DNA of 32,000 bases from Acaryochloris marina S15 (GTDB lineage: Bacteria > Cyanobacteriota > Cyanobacteriia > Thermosynechococcales > Thermosynechococcaceae). A program made the translations under genes and the position numbers. The notes beneath the pieces are model-generated. The model searched no databases. It saw nothing but the letters and a program-made list of their open reading frames with translations, and was not told the origin of the DNA. Numbering within the stretch: the stretch's first letter is position 1; each line of letters begins with the position of its first letter. The stretch covers positions 3,930,001 through 3,962,000 of the forward strand of contig NZ_CP064923.1 in assembly GCF_018336915.1 (NCBI RefSeq). The letters are read 5' to 3'. Positions 1 to 8,603 of this stretch are shown one piece after another.

Positions 1-1075
1 TGCCGGGGGATATTTGTTCCAAACCTTTTTAGGCATGTCCTACACCATTGGCGTTATTTTGCTAGCGGTCATTGTTTTGATCTACACCGCGAGTGGCGGA
101 TTATTTGCGGTTGCCTATACCGATGCCATTCAAGTATTGATTGCTCTAGTGGGTTCGCTATGCCTATTAGGTTATATTGGGCTAAATTTTGGCTTCAGTA
201 TTCCCGCAGGTACAGGTCCCTTTGCCCTTGAACAGATGACTAGCCCTGCAGCAGGTTCCCTAGTCAATTGGGCAACGCTGCTAGCCCTGGGACTAGGAGA
301 TATCGTTGCCATTGACTTCATGGCTCGAATCTTTTCTGCAGAAAGTCCTGAAACAGCTCAAAGAGCTTGCTTGATTGGCTCTTTAGGTACCGTAATTATT
401 GGTGTCCCTTTCTCGATCATCGCTCTGTCTGCACCTGAGATTCTGGCAACGGCGGGGGTTACTGCTGAGGGTCCTATTCTTTATGCGTTGTTGCAGAATG
501 TAGTGCCTTCATTTTTGGCATTATTAGTAATTGTGGCGATTTTATCGGCCTCTCTTTCAACCGCAGATGGGGCTATTTTAGGAACGTCCTCGGTGATTGC
601 TCATAATATCCTCGGTATTCGCCATGATCAGCACAATGGTAGTGGTGATCGTCTTCTCGCCTTGACCCGCTCGATGGCGGTGGTCATTACTGCCATGGGG
701 GTGTTTTTTGCACTGAAAGTTCCCCAAACGGGAGTGTTACTCCTGTTGGCCTTTGATCTGGGGTTTGCAGGGCTGCTGGTCCCTTTGGCAGGGGGTCTAT
801 TTTATCCAAAAGCGACTAAAGAAGGTGCATTGGCCTGCATTATTGTGGGATCGTTGACTCGGCTTCTTCTATTTGCACTGATGCCTGTGACGTTTGGGAT
901 TAAAAATACCCTTGTATACATACCCAATAGTATTTTTACTGCCGATTTTGATGGTATTCCCACTTTAATTAGCCCTTTGATTGGATTATGCCTATTTTTA
1001 GTAATTTCTAAGTTAACCTATCAACCCATGCCTATTGCTGAAAAGCCTGTTCGGCGCACTCTCCAGAAAATTTAA
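1..1075 (+). CDS. Sodium:solute symporter (SSS) family transporter, C-terminal part; the 5' end lies upstream of the window
   Basis: The frame is open from nt 2 (track ORF 14..1075). The product is a polytopic hydrophobic protein with the SSS-like stretch GGLFAVAYTDAIQ and many Gly/Ala-rich TM helices. Stop TAA at 1073-1075. Confidence 0.75.
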   Translation, partial: AGGYLFQTFLGMSYTIGVILLAVIVLIYTASGGLFAVAYTDAIQVLIALVGSLCLLGYIGLNFGFSIPAGTGPFALEQMTSPAAGSLVNWATLLALGLGDIVAIDFMARIFSAESPETAQRACLIGSLGTVIIGVPFSIIALSAPEILATAGVTAEGPILYALLQNVVPSFLALLVIVAILSASLSTADGAILGTSSVIAHNILGIRHDQHNGSGDRLLALTRSMAVVITAMGVFFALKVPQTGVLLLLAFDLGFAGLLVPLAGGLFYPKATKEGALACIIVGSLTRLLLFALMPVTFGIKNTLVYIPNSIFTADFDGIPTLISPLIGLCLFLVISKLTYQPMPIAEKPVRRTLQKI

Positions 1076-1753
1076 CCCTTGTCTCTTCGTTTAGAACCGC
1101 TTGATGGACGATTGTTGGTTTAGTTCTACAGGGTTGTTGGTGCCGCAAAAAATCAATCGGCGCTTGAATGACTCGCCATATAAGAGATTTAGGCAGTCAG
1201 CTTGAGTGTAATAGCAATTGAGCCATACTTTATAAGCTGAAGCGATAATATAATTTGTCACTTCATCTGGAGCATTATTACTTATGAGAACAAGTGCCTA
1301 ATGTCTGCAGATATTATTCAGTAAGTATACGCAAGCTATCCATTAGCAAGAATTCATTATATAGCTTGGAAATAATAATAGAGATACATGAATAATACTA
1401 TTATTCCTTCTTTGCATGATTACTTATAATTAATCAGCGCTTAGATTTTTGAATTTATTGATATCAATACATGAGCTTGGAACCTATAAATAGAAAGCAT
1501 TATTCGGTATTTTATCTAATTTAATGTGATTATTTTTTTAATTATTAAAGTAATTTAATCCATTAAAGATATCAGGATAATTTTAGGGTTTGAGTAGATG
1601 TCTTGACTTCCGTATTTCTCATGATGTTCGTGCCTTGAATGTCAGTCATTATAAGGATATACAAGTTATACAGAAGTTCTACCACAGGCTTTTGTTGAAA
1701 AGACAACGGACTCTTTGATCCTACTCATCGCCCTAATCACAACAGAATTAAAA

Positions 1754-2086
1754 ATGAACACACCTCACATCGGTTTTTTAGCAGCTCTCATCACCTTTTC
1801 TATCGTTCCTGTTACGCCAGCAGAGGCAATACCCAGTCAGGCAAAAGAGATGGACCAGGCCCCTGTGACCACTGATGTATTGCCTACTGTGATCATGGAG
1901 AATACAACGTTCGTTACCACTGCCCCCACTGTAACAATGGCTCGTCAAGCCCCCACACCTGTAGTTGCCGAAGGCCCAAAGGAAGCACTTTCAACAGTGA
2001 GTTCTTCACAAGATGTTCAAGCTACTGTCAATAGTTATCGCATTATCACGACAGGACGCGCTCAGGCCATTTACCAGGCTCCGTAG
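1754..2086 (+). CDS. Hypothetical secreted protein, Thr/Pro/Val-rich
   Basis: ATG at 1754 gives MNTPHIGFLAALITFSIVPVTPAEA, a signal-peptide-like hydrophobic core followed by an AxA-type site. The track start at 1715 is a TTG. The mature part is low-complexity T/P/V-rich. No family recognised. Confidence 0.4.
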   Translation: MNTPHIGFLAALITFSIVPVTPAEAIPSQAKEMDQAPVTTDVLPTVIMENTTFVTTAPTVTMARQAPTPVVAEGPKEALSTVSSSQDVQATVNSYRIITTGRAQAIYQAP

Positions 2087-2409
2087 TTACCCAAATTGGA
2101 GTTAATCGTAGGGCAAAGCAGATCTCAGCGATCCATCGCTTGTCACAAATTTAGATAGAGGGCAACCTAAGACAACCTAAGAGACCAAAATTTATGATGC
2201 TGATCAACAGAGAGTCAATCTGAACATTTCATTCCAACTATTACAAACTCACGATGATTTTTTCTTTTAATGTGTAGAAAAATATCGTGATGAAACAACT
2301 TATGTGATTATGGCTAAAGATGACACTAGGTTAAAAAATTGTTGCAAACCTAGGGAATTGAATTTTTTAGATTGACACTATTCTCGATGAGTTTGAGCTA
2401 TTAGGCATC

Positions 2410-2670
2410 ATGAATAATAAAACGGGTGGGATTGATGAGATTTCGGTACTGCAAAAACAGTTGGCAATCAGTCTCAAATTTCATCATAGTAAAACTCTCG
2501 AGCGACTTCCTTTAGAGGTTGCCGTGCAGGTTATGGCCAGCGTCTGGGATTCCTGTCATCCAGAAGGCTTGCCCGAAGACCCCCATGATGCGGCCACTGC
2601 GGTTATTCCTAGAGAACAAGTCCGCCAAGCCATTCACCAGGTCGAATCATTCGAACCCATAGAGAACTGA
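2410..2670 (+). CDS. Hypothetical protein (86 aa)
   Basis: ATG-initiated ORF in an otherwise ORF-poor AT-rich region. No recognisable motif. It ends 1 nt from the convergent DUF4347 gene. Confidence 0.35.
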   Translation: MNNKTGGIDEISVLQKQLAISLKFHHSKTLERLPLEVAVQVMASVWDSCHPEGLPEDPHDAATAVIPREQVRQAIHQVESFEPIEN

Positions 2671-2671
2671 G

Positions 2672-3121
2672 TTAATAGACATGGACATAAGCGCCTGTTA
2701 GAAGTTTTAGCCAAGAAATAAAAGCTTGGCCGACTCGGTGAGCCGCTAGGTCACATCCGTAGATGAAAATTTCAGCATTATCACTCAAACTACTTCGCCA
2801 ATGGCGAATGTCGTCAGCGTAGGCCCATAGATTAACTTCACTCAGTAAGGTGGTTCCCAGTTGTAGCTGGCCTGGTGCTCCCTGACAGATTAGGTGAAGG
2901 CTGGATAAATACTGAGACTTCAGTAATAGGGTTTGAAGTTGAGCGATACCGTCCTGTTGACCATCCAGAATATGAACATCTATACCGAGAAGGTGATTGG
3001 CGAGTAAGTACTGATAGTTATTGACGGCTGCATCAACCACGACGATAGATTGGGCTTGCTGACAAGATTCTGTCAGGGGAAGCATCTGATCTGCTGATCG
3101 ACTTTTCATGGGGTGTGGCAT
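2672..3121 (-). CDS. Stand-alone DUF4347 domain protein (149 aa)
   Basis: IVVVDAAVNNYQYLL...VHILDGQQDGIAQLQTLL...LSSLHLICQGAPGQLQLG...IFIYGCDLAAH..GQAFISWLKLLTGA follows the DUF4347 pattern as I recall it (vFiD..v.dyq.L...v.iLd...dG..qi...L......sLHivsHG.pG.l.LG...ilLYGC.vA.g..G..Fi..L..lTGA). The ATG at 3121 is preceded by GGAGGAGGA, so it is preferred over the track start at 3166. Confidence 0.6.
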   Translation of the reverse strand: MPHPMKSRSADQMLPLTESCQQAQSIVVVDAAVNNYQYLLANHLLGIDVHILDGQQDGIAQLQTLLLKSQYLSSLHLICQGAPGQLQLGTTLLSEVNLWAYADDIRHWRSSLSDNAEIFIYGCDLAAHRVGQAFISWLKLLTGAYVHVY

Positions 3122-3465
3122 GGTCCTCCTCCAGGTTAAACCAGTACAAAACATCAAGGGAAACACATCAGGTGGTTAAGTGCAGCCATTCCTGTAGACG
3201 GCTCCGTCTAGATTAGTTCCCCATACTGAATGAATTCCAGAGATCACTCACTGACCTACTGTCTATACATCTGCGCACATGAACCTTAAAGGATTCATAT
3301 ATCTCCATACGTCTACTCTATAGGTTTGGATTTAAATTGATATGCCTAGCTGCCGTTCCACAGGCCAGTACATGCATGGTTTCAGGAAGTGGATATCTTC
3401 GCCCTAGATTAGAAATACCCAGGTCCAAATAAGAGCTGCCTTCTTAACCACCCTAGGGTAAGCAG

Positions 3466-3496
3466 TTGTTGATATGCATATCCTACATATCAACAA
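3466..3496. promoter_or_regulatory. 11-bp perfect inverted repeat in a divergent intergenic region
   Basis: TTGTTGATATG (3466-3476) and CATATCAACAA (3486-3496) are separated by a 9-nt spacer. The repeat lies between the divergent starts at 3121 (-) and 3805 (+). Confidence 0.2.
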
Positions 3497-3804
3497 TATT
3501 TCAGTGAGTAGGGCTGTTGCTATATCGAAAAATTGACCTGCTCAAGAATTCAACACATCAGAATTTATACCAGTCATCATTAAGGCAAATAAATTCTTCA
3601 GACACCAATAGAGTCGTCATTATTTCCCATCTGTTTAAATCTTTTGAACATCGAAAAAATATCGCTGTTTTGATGAGATGATAAAAAATAATACATCGAC
3701 AAACTCAAGAGTCTACGTTTCAGCCTTAATAAGAAGACGCTGTATCGCAGATCTTTGGCTTTGTACGGGTACTACTAGATAAAGAAGATCACCTCGCGAA
3801 GAAC

Positions 3805-4404
3805 ATGCCAGTTTATCAATCCCACTATGAAGAGTTGCTGGCAACCTATAGTAATCATCACCATGCGGTAGAACTGCTTAGACAGCACCGTCCTTATTTT
3901 GAAAAGATTCCCAGTATTCGTCGGTCTCGGGATAGTGTAATTACCATTCCCCTACCTGTGGTTCAGGTGAGGTGTCGAATTCCCCAGTCCGAGCTGAGGT
4001 CCTCCGATAGTCCCTATGAATTGATTACACTCCCCTGCGATCTGGCCCTACTGATGTGTGATCCAGAATGGAAAATAAAAACTGGAGTAGAAATCTTAGT
4101 CTATATCCACCGTCCCCAAGAAGATTTTTCTCATTTGGTGAGCCGCTGGCGGCAAACGCAAGTTGCCTTGAGTCGGGGCTATACCTGGGAAATGCCCCAA
4201 CAGTTTCAACATATTTTTAATGAGGGGGCAGAGAAAATGTATCCCTTGTTTGTGTTGTTTGAGGAAACATCAGAACGAATTAAGCGGGGGCTTAAAGGGG
4301 CATTCTTGCCCTATGTCATTCAGAATGTGGATATTGCTGCAGAAGAGCGCAGTGAGGCTTCTGGAGTGGCTGCTACTCCAGAAGCTAAACCTGATGCCGA
4401 GTAA
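3805..4404 (+). CDS. Hypothetical protein (199 aa)
   Basis: Clean ATG ORF with normal composition. The 3' end overlaps the convergent yyaL-like gene by 20 nt. No family recognised. Confidence 0.5.
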   Translation: MPVYQSHYEELLATYSNHHHAVELLRQHRPYFEKIPSIRRSRDSVITIPLPVVQVRCRIPQSELRSSDSPYELITLPCDLALLMCDPEWKIKTGVEILVYIHRPQEDFSHLVSRWRQTQVALSRGYTWEMPQQFQHIFNEGAEKMYPLFVLFEETSERIKRGLKGAFLPYVIQNVDIAAEERSEASGVAATPEAKPDAE

Positions 4405-6448
4405 GGCTGTCTGAAATTTGTTGTTGGAGTTCTTCCAAGGTGGTGGGAGGCTCTAGACAACTGAACCCTTGACAAACTAAGCCCATTGCACCGGGAGGAA
4501 CTTCAGAAGATTGGCTATATACAGCGGTGGGTAAATACGTGGACGCTAAGTCTGTTGCTGATGTCCGAATGGAGGTGTGATGGAAGTACCAGTCCAAGGC
4601 GACAAACAGGCTAGGGCAGGCCTGGGTTGAGGAGTCCATTACTTGGCCAAAGGTTTGCAGGGCTTGTTCAGCTTGGCTGAGATACTCGGTGCGATCGCAA
4701 ACCAAACTCAGGCGTATCAGACTTGCGATCGCAACCCCATTTGCAGCAGGCGTGGCATTATCCAACCAGCTCCGCTCTCGAATCAGCAGCTCTTCAGACA
4801 TTTCACTACCAGTATTGAAATAGCCACCCCCTTCCACAGCCCATAAATGCTGATCAAATTCAGCCTGTGTGGTTTGCGCTGCCTCTAACCACCGATTGGC
4901 TTGATCCACTGCCAGGCTTTGACAAGCCTGATGAAGATCCAGAAAAGCCTTGATCAGCAGCGCATAATCCTCTGATTGGGCGATCACGGCAATTTCGCCA
5001 TCATAATTGACGCGATGGAGCCGTCCCTCTGACCATTGCTGGTCCAAGATAAAGGTGGCGGCTTGAGTTGCCAAAGCCAGATAATCAGGCTGTTGAAACA
5101 CCGCAGCTGCTCGGGCTAATCCTGAAATCATCAAGCTATTCCAGGCCACAATCATTTTGGTATCGGTGACCGGGGGGATCCGACCGGGCCAAGGATGGGT
5201 TTTCGCCACCTGGTTATTGGTGGCAGGTGGAAAGGTCGTCAGGGATTCGGGCCGTTCTCCATACCGGACCTGAAAGAGTTTCCGCAGAGCTTCTTCCACC
5301 GGTTCGCTGATTACGCCGGGTTGCTGGCGCTGTAGTACCGTTAGTCCATCTTCAAAGTTGCCCTTAGCACTCAAGTTAAAAATATCTGCCAGGGCTGAGT
5401 ATTCTTCTGCAGTCAGCAGATGGGTCAGCTCCGAGTCAGTCCAGGTGTAAAAGCGCCCCTCCTCGGGCTCTACATCTTCCGTTGTGACAAAGTTGTCGGC
5501 ATCTTGGGCCGCATAAAAATAGCCAGCTTCTGCAGTCATTTCTCGCTTTAACCAGGCAACAGTGCCAGCAATCGCCCGCTCAAAAGCCGGTTCTTCAACG
5601 CCCGAACTCCACAAATTGGCCAAATATTCGACAATTTGACCATTATCGTAGAGCATCTTTTCAAAATGAGGCACCGTCCAATTGGGGTCTACTGTGTAGC
5701 GATGAAACCCTCCGGCCACATGGTCATAAATTCCCCCCAAGGCCAAATCCAGTCCCCGCTGGCGACAGGCTTGCTGAGCCTGCTCTTGTTCTGGGGTTTC
5801 AAAACGCGATCCGTGAAGTGCGATCGCAGCATAGGGAATCATGGGAAAACTTGGCCCAGGTGTTTGGTTAATGAGCACCGTCGTATTTTTGGCAATGCCT
5901 TGACTCAATAGCTCAGGCTGGAGGGCACCAATAGGATTGAGCACCGTTGAGCTTTGCAGATGGCCACTGAGTTTTTCCTTTTGGGCATCTAATTTTTGTT
6001 TCTCATTGTCATAAAAACTGCGAATCGCTTCAAGAACTTGCAGAAAGCCAGGGCGTCCATATTTCGGCTCTTCGGGGAAATAGGTGCCGCCATAAAAAGG
6101 CACCAAATCCCCCGGCGTTAAAAACATATTCAGAGGCCATCCTCCCTGCCCAGTCATCGCCTGGACCGCCTGCATATAGATGCTATCGATATCTGGCCTT
6201 TCTTCTCGATCCACCTTGATGGGGATATACTGCGCGTTCATATACTCGGCAATCTCAACATTTGAGAAAGCTTCTCCTTCCATCACCGTGCACCAATGGC
6301 AGCTGGAATACCCTACAGAGAGAAAAATGGGCTTATTCTCTTGAGCCGCACGTTCTAGGGCTTCTTCACACCAGGGCCACCAGTCAATGGGATTATCAGC
6401 ATGTTTGCGCAGATATAGACTAGCAGAATGGGCAAGACGATTCGGCAT
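4385..6448 (-). CDS. Thioredoxin-domain protein of the YyaL/DUF255 (COG1331) type, with a glycosyl-hydrolase/epimerase-like alpha-toroid C-terminal region
   Basis: N-terminus NPIDWWPWCEEALERAAQENKPIFLSVGYSSCHWCTVMEGEAF is the characteristic DUF255 thioredoxin-like motif (SxGYxxCHWCxVM). About 690 aa, typical for the family. The ATG at 6448 (MPNRLA..., GAGGG upstream) is preferred; the track start at 6475 is a GTG. Confidence 0.85.
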   Translation of the reverse strand: MPNRLAHSASLYLRKHADNPIDWWPWCEEALERAAQENKPIFLSVGYSSCHWCTVMEGEAFSNVEIAEYMNAQYIPIKVDREERPDIDSIYMQAVQAMTGQGGWPLNMFLTPGDLVPFYGGTYFPEEPKYGRPGFLQVLEAIRSFYDNEKQKLDAQKEKLSGHLQSSTVLNPIGALQPELLSQGIAKNTTVLINQTPGPSFPMIPYAAIALHGSRFETPEQEQAQQACRQRGLDLALGGIYDHVAGGFHRYTVDPNWTVPHFEKMLYDNGQIVEYLANLWSSGVEEPAFERAIAGTVAWLKREMTAEAGYFYAAQDADNFVTTEDVEPEEGRFYTWTDSELTHLLTAEEYSALADIFNLSAKGNFEDGLTVLQRQQPGVISEPVEEALRKLFQVRYGERPESLTTFPPATNNQVAKTHPWPGRIPPVTDTKMIVAWNSLMISGLARAAAVFQQPDYLALATQAATFILDQQWSEGRLHRVNYDGEIAVIAQSEDYALLIKAFLDLHQACQSLAVDQANRWLEAAQTTQAEFDQHLWAVEGGGYFNTGSEMSEELLIRERSWLDNATPAANGVAIASLIRLSLVCDRTEYLSQAEQALQTFGQVMDSSTQACPSLFVALDWYFHHTSIRTSATDLASTYLPTAVYSQSSEVPPGAMGLVCQGFSCLEPPTTLEELQQQISDSLTRHQV

Positions 6449-6592
6449 GAAGCCCTCAGAGGAGATTGCATTCACAGTTTATCGCTATCTTATTGAGGGA
6501 AAATTTCTTAATTCCAAAAACATTCTTAAAGTCAAATCACCCTGAACAGAAACCCAAAAAAACCCATCATTTTCAACTTTCATTTCGGGGGA

Positions 6593-7039
6593 ATGAGTAT
6601 ACTTGACCCAGGCGTGATGGCAGCGGTTATGGTTGTTTCTTCCTTTCCCCAAAACAAACAGGAAACCCTTCTGTCCAAAAAAGCGGCAATGGCTGAGTTG
6701 AAAAAGACCCATCAGCTAGATATTGCCTTTGCCCAACGCATGAGTGCCGATCAAGTTCGGGCACTTCTTTATGCCGTTAGAGAACAAGATGAGCTAGCTG
6801 ATGCGATTCGAGCCTTGATCGAACAGCGTAGCCGTTTTGCTAAAAATAACCGTAGCTATGGCCTGGTCAAATATCGCATCGAAAATGAGCGAGATTATGC
6901 CTTAAACCAGCTCAACTATGTGGAACAGCAGCTCGAAAAATATCAGCAGTATTTCAAAGAACTCCTCAAAAATTTCCTCGATTTAGAACAGAGCGAACTC
7001 CTCCGATTAGTGAGAACACTATTAGCCCAACTCGATTAG
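6593..7039 (+). CDS. Hypothetical helical/coiled-coil protein, first gene of a three-gene operon
   Basis: 148-aa ORF whose C-terminal half is heptad-like (NYVEQQLEKYQQYFKELLKNFLDLEQSELLRLVRTLL). It stops 8 nt before the next gene. The start is uncertain; internal Met codons lie at 6617, 6629 and 6689. Confidence 0.45.
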   Translation: MSILDPGVMAAVMVVSSFPQNKQETLLSKKAAMAELKKTHQLDIAFAQRMSADQVRALLYAVREQDELADAIRALIEQRSRFAKNNRSYGLVKYRIENERDYALNQLNYVEQQLEKYQQYFKELLKNFLDLEQSELLRLVRTLLAQLD

Positions 7040-7047
7040 GAGGGGAT

Positions 7048-7416
7048 ATGGCTCGGACCCACGACAATATGTCCTATCGGGACCTGCAAACCTATAACCG
7101 GACTTTGCTGACTCAACACCAGCTAAATATAGAGCGCAAACAGAAAGGGCTCTTAAACCGAGGTTGGCAACAAGTGATTGATTTATACACCTGGATTACC
7201 CAAAAGCTCCAAACGACTTCTGGCCAGGTAGAAGCCAAAATCCTGTCTAACTTTGCCCGGATGCAGCAGGCTGCAGATGCTATCAAAACAACGGTTCATC
7301 AAGTGCACCAACGCTCCCAGCATTGGCAGCGCACTGAACTGGTTAACAATATTTATGAATTCGAAGCCAAGGACAGTAGCGATGACACGGATGGAAACTT
7401 GCCTGCAACTCTTTAA
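7048..7416 (+). CDS. Hypothetical protein (122 aa), second gene of the operon
   Basis: ATG at 7048 is preceded by the strong SD AGGAGGGG (7038-7045). The product is Gln/Thr-rich and helical, with an acidic tail. It overlaps the HNH gene start. Confidence 0.5.
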   Translation: MARTHDNMSYRDLQTYNRTLLTQHQLNIERKQKGLLNRGWQQVIDLYTWITQKLQTTSGQVEAKILSNFARMQQAADAIKTTVHQVHQRSQHWQRTELVNNIYEFEAKDSSDDTDGNLPATL

Positions 7417-7831
7417 CCAAATGCAAGGGGCAAAGCTGCGGGCCCATGCGGCGGTGAACCGAGTGTATGTCCAATACCGAGAGCAGTACCAAGATTGGCG
7501 ACAAACGCCGGAAGCACGTCACCTGATCAAGCAGCAGCTCCAGAAACTGGGAGACATTTGCCCCATCTGCCAGCGAGGATTAGCGGTCACCAATAGCACC
7601 ATTGACCACCTTGAACCCAAGCGAAACCATATCAGTAAAACCTTGTGTCAAGAAAATATGCTGGTGATGTGTTGGGGGTGCAACGTCAGCAAAGGGACTC
7701 AACCTTTTGTTCGATGGCGACGGCAACTACATCCGTTTCGCCAACAGTCTCTGGATTATGCCATTATGCAAATTCATGGGGAAGCTAGACTAGCTGAATT
7801 ACTTGAACCCACTACAGTAAAGCAACATTAA
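7382..7831 (+). CDS. HNH endonuclease (zinc-finger CxxC...CxxC type)
   Basis: CPICQRGL...STIDHLEPKRN...NMLVMCWGCNVSKG gives CxxC, a DH catalytic His, Asn, and CxxCN. The likely start is ATG 7382 or 7391, overlapping the upstream gene end. The longer track ORF from 7253 is judged to be read-through of an open frame. Confidence 0.7.
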   Translation: MTRMETCLQLFNQMQGAKLRAHAAVNRVYVQYREQYQDWRQTPEARHLIKQQLQKLGDICPICQRGLAVTNSTIDHLEPKRNHISKTLCQENMLVMCWGCNVSKGTQPFVRWRRQLHPFRQQSLDYAIMQIHGEARLAELLEPTTVKQH

Positions 7832-7980
7832 ACATTCTCTCTACCAACACAAACGAAAAAACATGAATCCCTGGACTTTGGAGTGAACTTTAGGTGTCAA
7901 GGTTATGCCACTCATGCGAACAACTATTAGATTTTGCTTTAATTTCGAGTGGGTTATTCTACATGTTTCTTGCTCTCTTT

Positions 7981-8424
7981 TTAACTCTCATGGGTAATGT
8001 CAATTAGACAGCTATCATGATTTAGCACAACAGACAAAAATCTATCACTTAAATCATTCGGGAATGTGAAGTCAAATACTGAGTAGCACTCATTGCTTGG
8101 GTAGATCCCTACTCTCGTGAGAATAAGCGTACCAAGCTCTAACCTAAGTCCATAGTCCTCAATCAAGTCTTGGTGGCACTCAAAATATTCAACGACTAAC
8201 TCATTATCTTTAGCTAAGTGATTTAGATATTTCTGGGCAAGTCTTATATTCTGCGGCAGGAGACCCAAAAAGACTTTTATCTGGTGGAGTTCAACCTCAC
8301 CCAAACTTAACGCCTCAAAGTTTAAGTCCAATTCAACTGATTTTTTGTCAAATTGAATTTCTGTTTCAAGATAGTCAGGTAGGTTCTGATTATCGATTTT
8401 CCCAAAGTAAGGTATTTCAAACAT
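7981..8424 (-). CDS. Hypothetical protein, DUF2004-like (call from recalled family pattern only)
   Basis: 147-aa ORF. N-terminus PYFGKIDNQNLPDYLETEIQFDKKSVELDLNFE and C-terminus LIDITHES resemble the DUF2004 pattern I recall (FG.ID...LeeYYe.ei....k.i.lDLNFe ... ITWES). The gene and its flanks are clearly more AT-rich than the neighbours. Confidence 0.45.
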   Translation of the reverse strand: MFEIPYFGKIDNQNLPDYLETEIQFDKKSVELDLNFEALSLGEVELHQIKVFLGLLPQNIRLAQKYLNHLAKDNELVVEYFECHQDLIEDYGLRLELGTLILTRVGIYPSNECYSVFDFTFPNDLSDRFLSVVLNHDSCLIDITHES

Positions 8425-8603
8425 AGTTATCCAAGCAACCTGTCAATATAAATGTGATAAGGGGTTAAAAACCTAATGGGATAAAACAGGTTCATACAAT
8501 GTTTGACTAGCCGTGTATCCCTATACTCCCTTTACTGGTCCGTATAATGCTGATACACATCAGATTGCAAACGCTACATTAAGGATAAAACGGGAAGAAA
8601 ATC

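Noticed and set aside
2163-2182. Tandem direct repeat CAACCTAAGA x2, considered as a possible CRISPR or repeat-array seed
   Set aside because: There are only two 10-bp units with no spacers and no further copies. This is far too small for a CRISPR array or a meaningful satellite.
4385-4404. Convergent 3'-end overlaps (4385-4404 and 9047-9062) as possible antisense regulation
   Set aside because: Short convergent overlaps of 16-20 nt are common in compact bacterial genomes, and nothing else supports a special role.
4220-5911. Track ORFs 4220-4414, 4643-4846 and 5636-5911 (+)
   Set aside because: The first is an off-frame overlap of the 3805-4404 gene. The other two are antisense to the well-supported YyaL-like CDS.
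6485-6712. 75-aa minus-strand ORF
   Set aside because: It lies across the divergent promoter and the 5' end of the 6593 gene. Its His/Phe/Gly-rich translation has no coding-like features.
7253-7381. Long N-terminal extension of the HNH ORF (track start 7253)
   Set aside because: This part overlaps the better-supported gene 7048-7416 (strong SD) in another frame. ATGs at 7382 and 7391 give a normal overlapping-gene arrangement. A frameshifted fusion cannot be excluded and is noted in the findings.
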